From Bacteroidia bacterium (lineage in GTDB: Bacteria; Bacteroidota; Bacteroidia; AKYH767-A; OLB10), in contig JAEUTH010000028.1 in the NCBI GenBank assembly GCA_016788165.1, positions 13,978 through 77,977 on the forward strand: 64,000 bases of DNA. The letters are read 5' to 3'. This document shows, in pieces, positions 62,568 through 64,000 of the stretch (position 1 is the stretch's first letter; each line of letters starts with the position of its first letter). The position numbers and the translations under genes are program-made. Under the pieces are notes generated by a model. The model worked only from the letters and a program-made list of their open reading frames with translations. It had not been told where the DNA came from and ran no database searches.

Positions 62568-64000
62568 ATGGCATTAAGCAGGGTTTGGTCTTACCTTATT
62601 TTATTTTCGATAGTGGTGGCATGCTATCAATATTTTAAGGGCGATAAAAATATTTTTAACGATGTAGTTATCGAACGTAAATTGAAGGATAATGAAACCT
62701 TTGGTAAAGTTCAATATTCGGTAATTGATAATGCAGCCATAACCGTTAGTGCCAACAAACTCGCAAAAGCCAATTGGCATGTATCTGAAAATGTAAGTAC
62801 AAGCGATTTTATTGTTTGTAACAATGCCTATAACAAACATGCCGCCTTGCAATTAAAGTTAGAAACCATACCGATTGTAACAACTACTAACATACAACCT
62901 GCTAAATTTGGTAAGTGGGCATTGTTAGATGTGGATAGTGCAAGTGTTGATACAATAATTACACAAGTTGCACTTACAAATATTTATAGTGCCGATGCAA
63001 TAATTTGTAATCACAGTAACACAGACTCTATACGTAATGCTTTAATTGCAAAACTTAATCAGCAAAAAATTATTACTGCGCATGAAGTAGCATTGTACTT
63101 ACCAAAAAACATTGACGGCATTTTCGAAACGGCAAAGTTTGCCATAACCGTTGTAATAGGGTTAATAGGCATACTTGCCTTGTTTATGGGTTTGTTAAAC
63201 ATTGCCGAACAAGCAGGCGGCATACATGTAATCAGCAGGTTTATGAGTCCGTTTTTGCACAAACTGTTTCCAACAATACCGGCAGGCCATGCATCATACG
63301 GCCACATGGTTATGAACTTTAGCGCCAATATTTTAGGTTTAGATAATGCTGCAACACCTTTTGGTTTAAAGGCCATGCAATCGTTACAGGAAATAAATCC
63401 GGCAAAAGAAAAAGCAAGCGATGCGCAAATAATGTTCCTGGCATTGCATGCATCGGGACTTACTTTAATTCCGGTTTCAATAATTGCCGTACGCGCTGCA
63501 AACGGATCGCATAACCCCAACGAAGTTTTTATTCCGCTCATACTAAGCACCTTTGTTTGTACCATCACAGCATTAGTTGTTACCTCAATAAAACAACGCA
63601 TCAATTTATTCCAAGCAAAATTGTTTTTGCCATTAGCTGCCATATTTAGTTTGCTTGCCATTTTTGTTTGGTATTTAAAAACATTACCACCACATGCACT
63701 TAGTGAGTTTAGCGATGCATTTAGCAATGGTGCAATATTGGCCGTAATAGCATTAATAGTTTTTGGAGGATTGTATAAACGCATTAATTTATTTGATGCA
63801 TTTGTTGATGGCGCCAAAGGCGGTTTCGACACTGCAGTGCGCATCATACCTTATATGGTTGGTATGTTGGTAGCTGTTAGCATGTTGCGTACCAGTGGTG
63901 CATTTGATTTAATTATTATACCCATTAAAAATGCTATTGCCGCATCGGGCATGGATACGCAATGGGCCGAGGGTTTGCCTGTTGCACTGTTGCGGCCTTT
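62568..64000 (+). CDS. Partial SpmA/SpmB-like fused nucleoside-recognition (Gate) membrane protein
   Basis: Missed by the ORF track because it runs off the right edge. MALSRVWSYLIL... is in frame with NFSANILGLDNAATPFGLKAMQSLQEIN and FVDGAKGGF. Confidence 0.88.
   Translation, partial: MALSRVWSYLILFSIVVACYQYFKGDKNIFNDVVIERKLKDNETFGKVQYSVIDNAAITVSANKLAKANWHVSENVSTSDFIVCNNAYNKHAALQLKLETIPIVTTTNIQPAKFGKWALLDVDSASVDTIITQVALTNIYSADAIICNHSNTDSIRNALIAKLNQQKIITAHEVALYLPKNIDGIFETAKFAITVVIGLIGILALFMGLLNIAEQAGGIHVISRFMSPFLHKLFPTIPAGHASYGHMVMNFSANILGLDNAATPFGLKAMQSLQEINPAKEKASDAQIMFLALHASGLTLIPVSIIAVRAANGSHNPNEVFIPLILSTFVCTITALVVTSIKQRINLFQAKLFLPLAAIFSLLAIFVWYLKTLPPHALSEFSDAFSNGAILAVIALIVFGGLYKRINLFDAFVDGAKGGFDTAVRIIPYMVGMLVAVSMLRTSGAFDLIIIPIKNAIAASGMDTQWAEGLPVALLRP

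Noticed and set aside
1009-62852. Numerous 60-160 aa ORFs nested in or antisense to long genes
   Set aside because: No recognisable motifs and full overlap with well-supported genes; treated as shadow ORFs.
63059-63847. 262-aa minus-strand ORF
   Set aside because: It is the antisense shadow of the plus-strand SpmA/B-like gene, which carries the recognisable motifs.

Overview
AT-rich chromosomal window from a member of the Bacteroidota. This is supported by TAnnTTTG -7 promoters, no evident Shine-Dalgarno motifs, type IX secretion (T9SS) C-terminal domains (CTDs), a MurF-Alr fusion and bS22. It is mostly housekeeping and envelope genes: mqnC, riboflavin synthase, murF-alr, tdk, split methylmalonyl-CoA mutase and mce, purB, tRNA-Gln, mltD, cystathionine gamma-synthase/lyase, yceD-rpmF-plsX, metF, rne/rng, lptB, korA, era and a TPP riboswitch-controlled TonB receptor. 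I saw no transposase, integrase, prophage or CRISPR array. The best candidate for an undescribed system is at 37392-42349: an ECF sigma factor translationally coupled to a membrane-anchored, anti-sigma-like protein whose periplasmic end is a T9SS type-B sorting domain, followed by a large type-B T9SS cargo. This could be a secretion-sensing regulatory circuit. Other notable items are a Cys/His-rich leader ORF ahead of a metal TonB receptor and HMA protein, a PKD plus C2-like lipoprotein beside an orphan T9SS CTD remnant, and a TMTC-like glycosyltransferase. The ORF track missed bS22, the partial genes at both window ends, and the CTD remnant. All calls come from motif recognition by eye; no searches were run.
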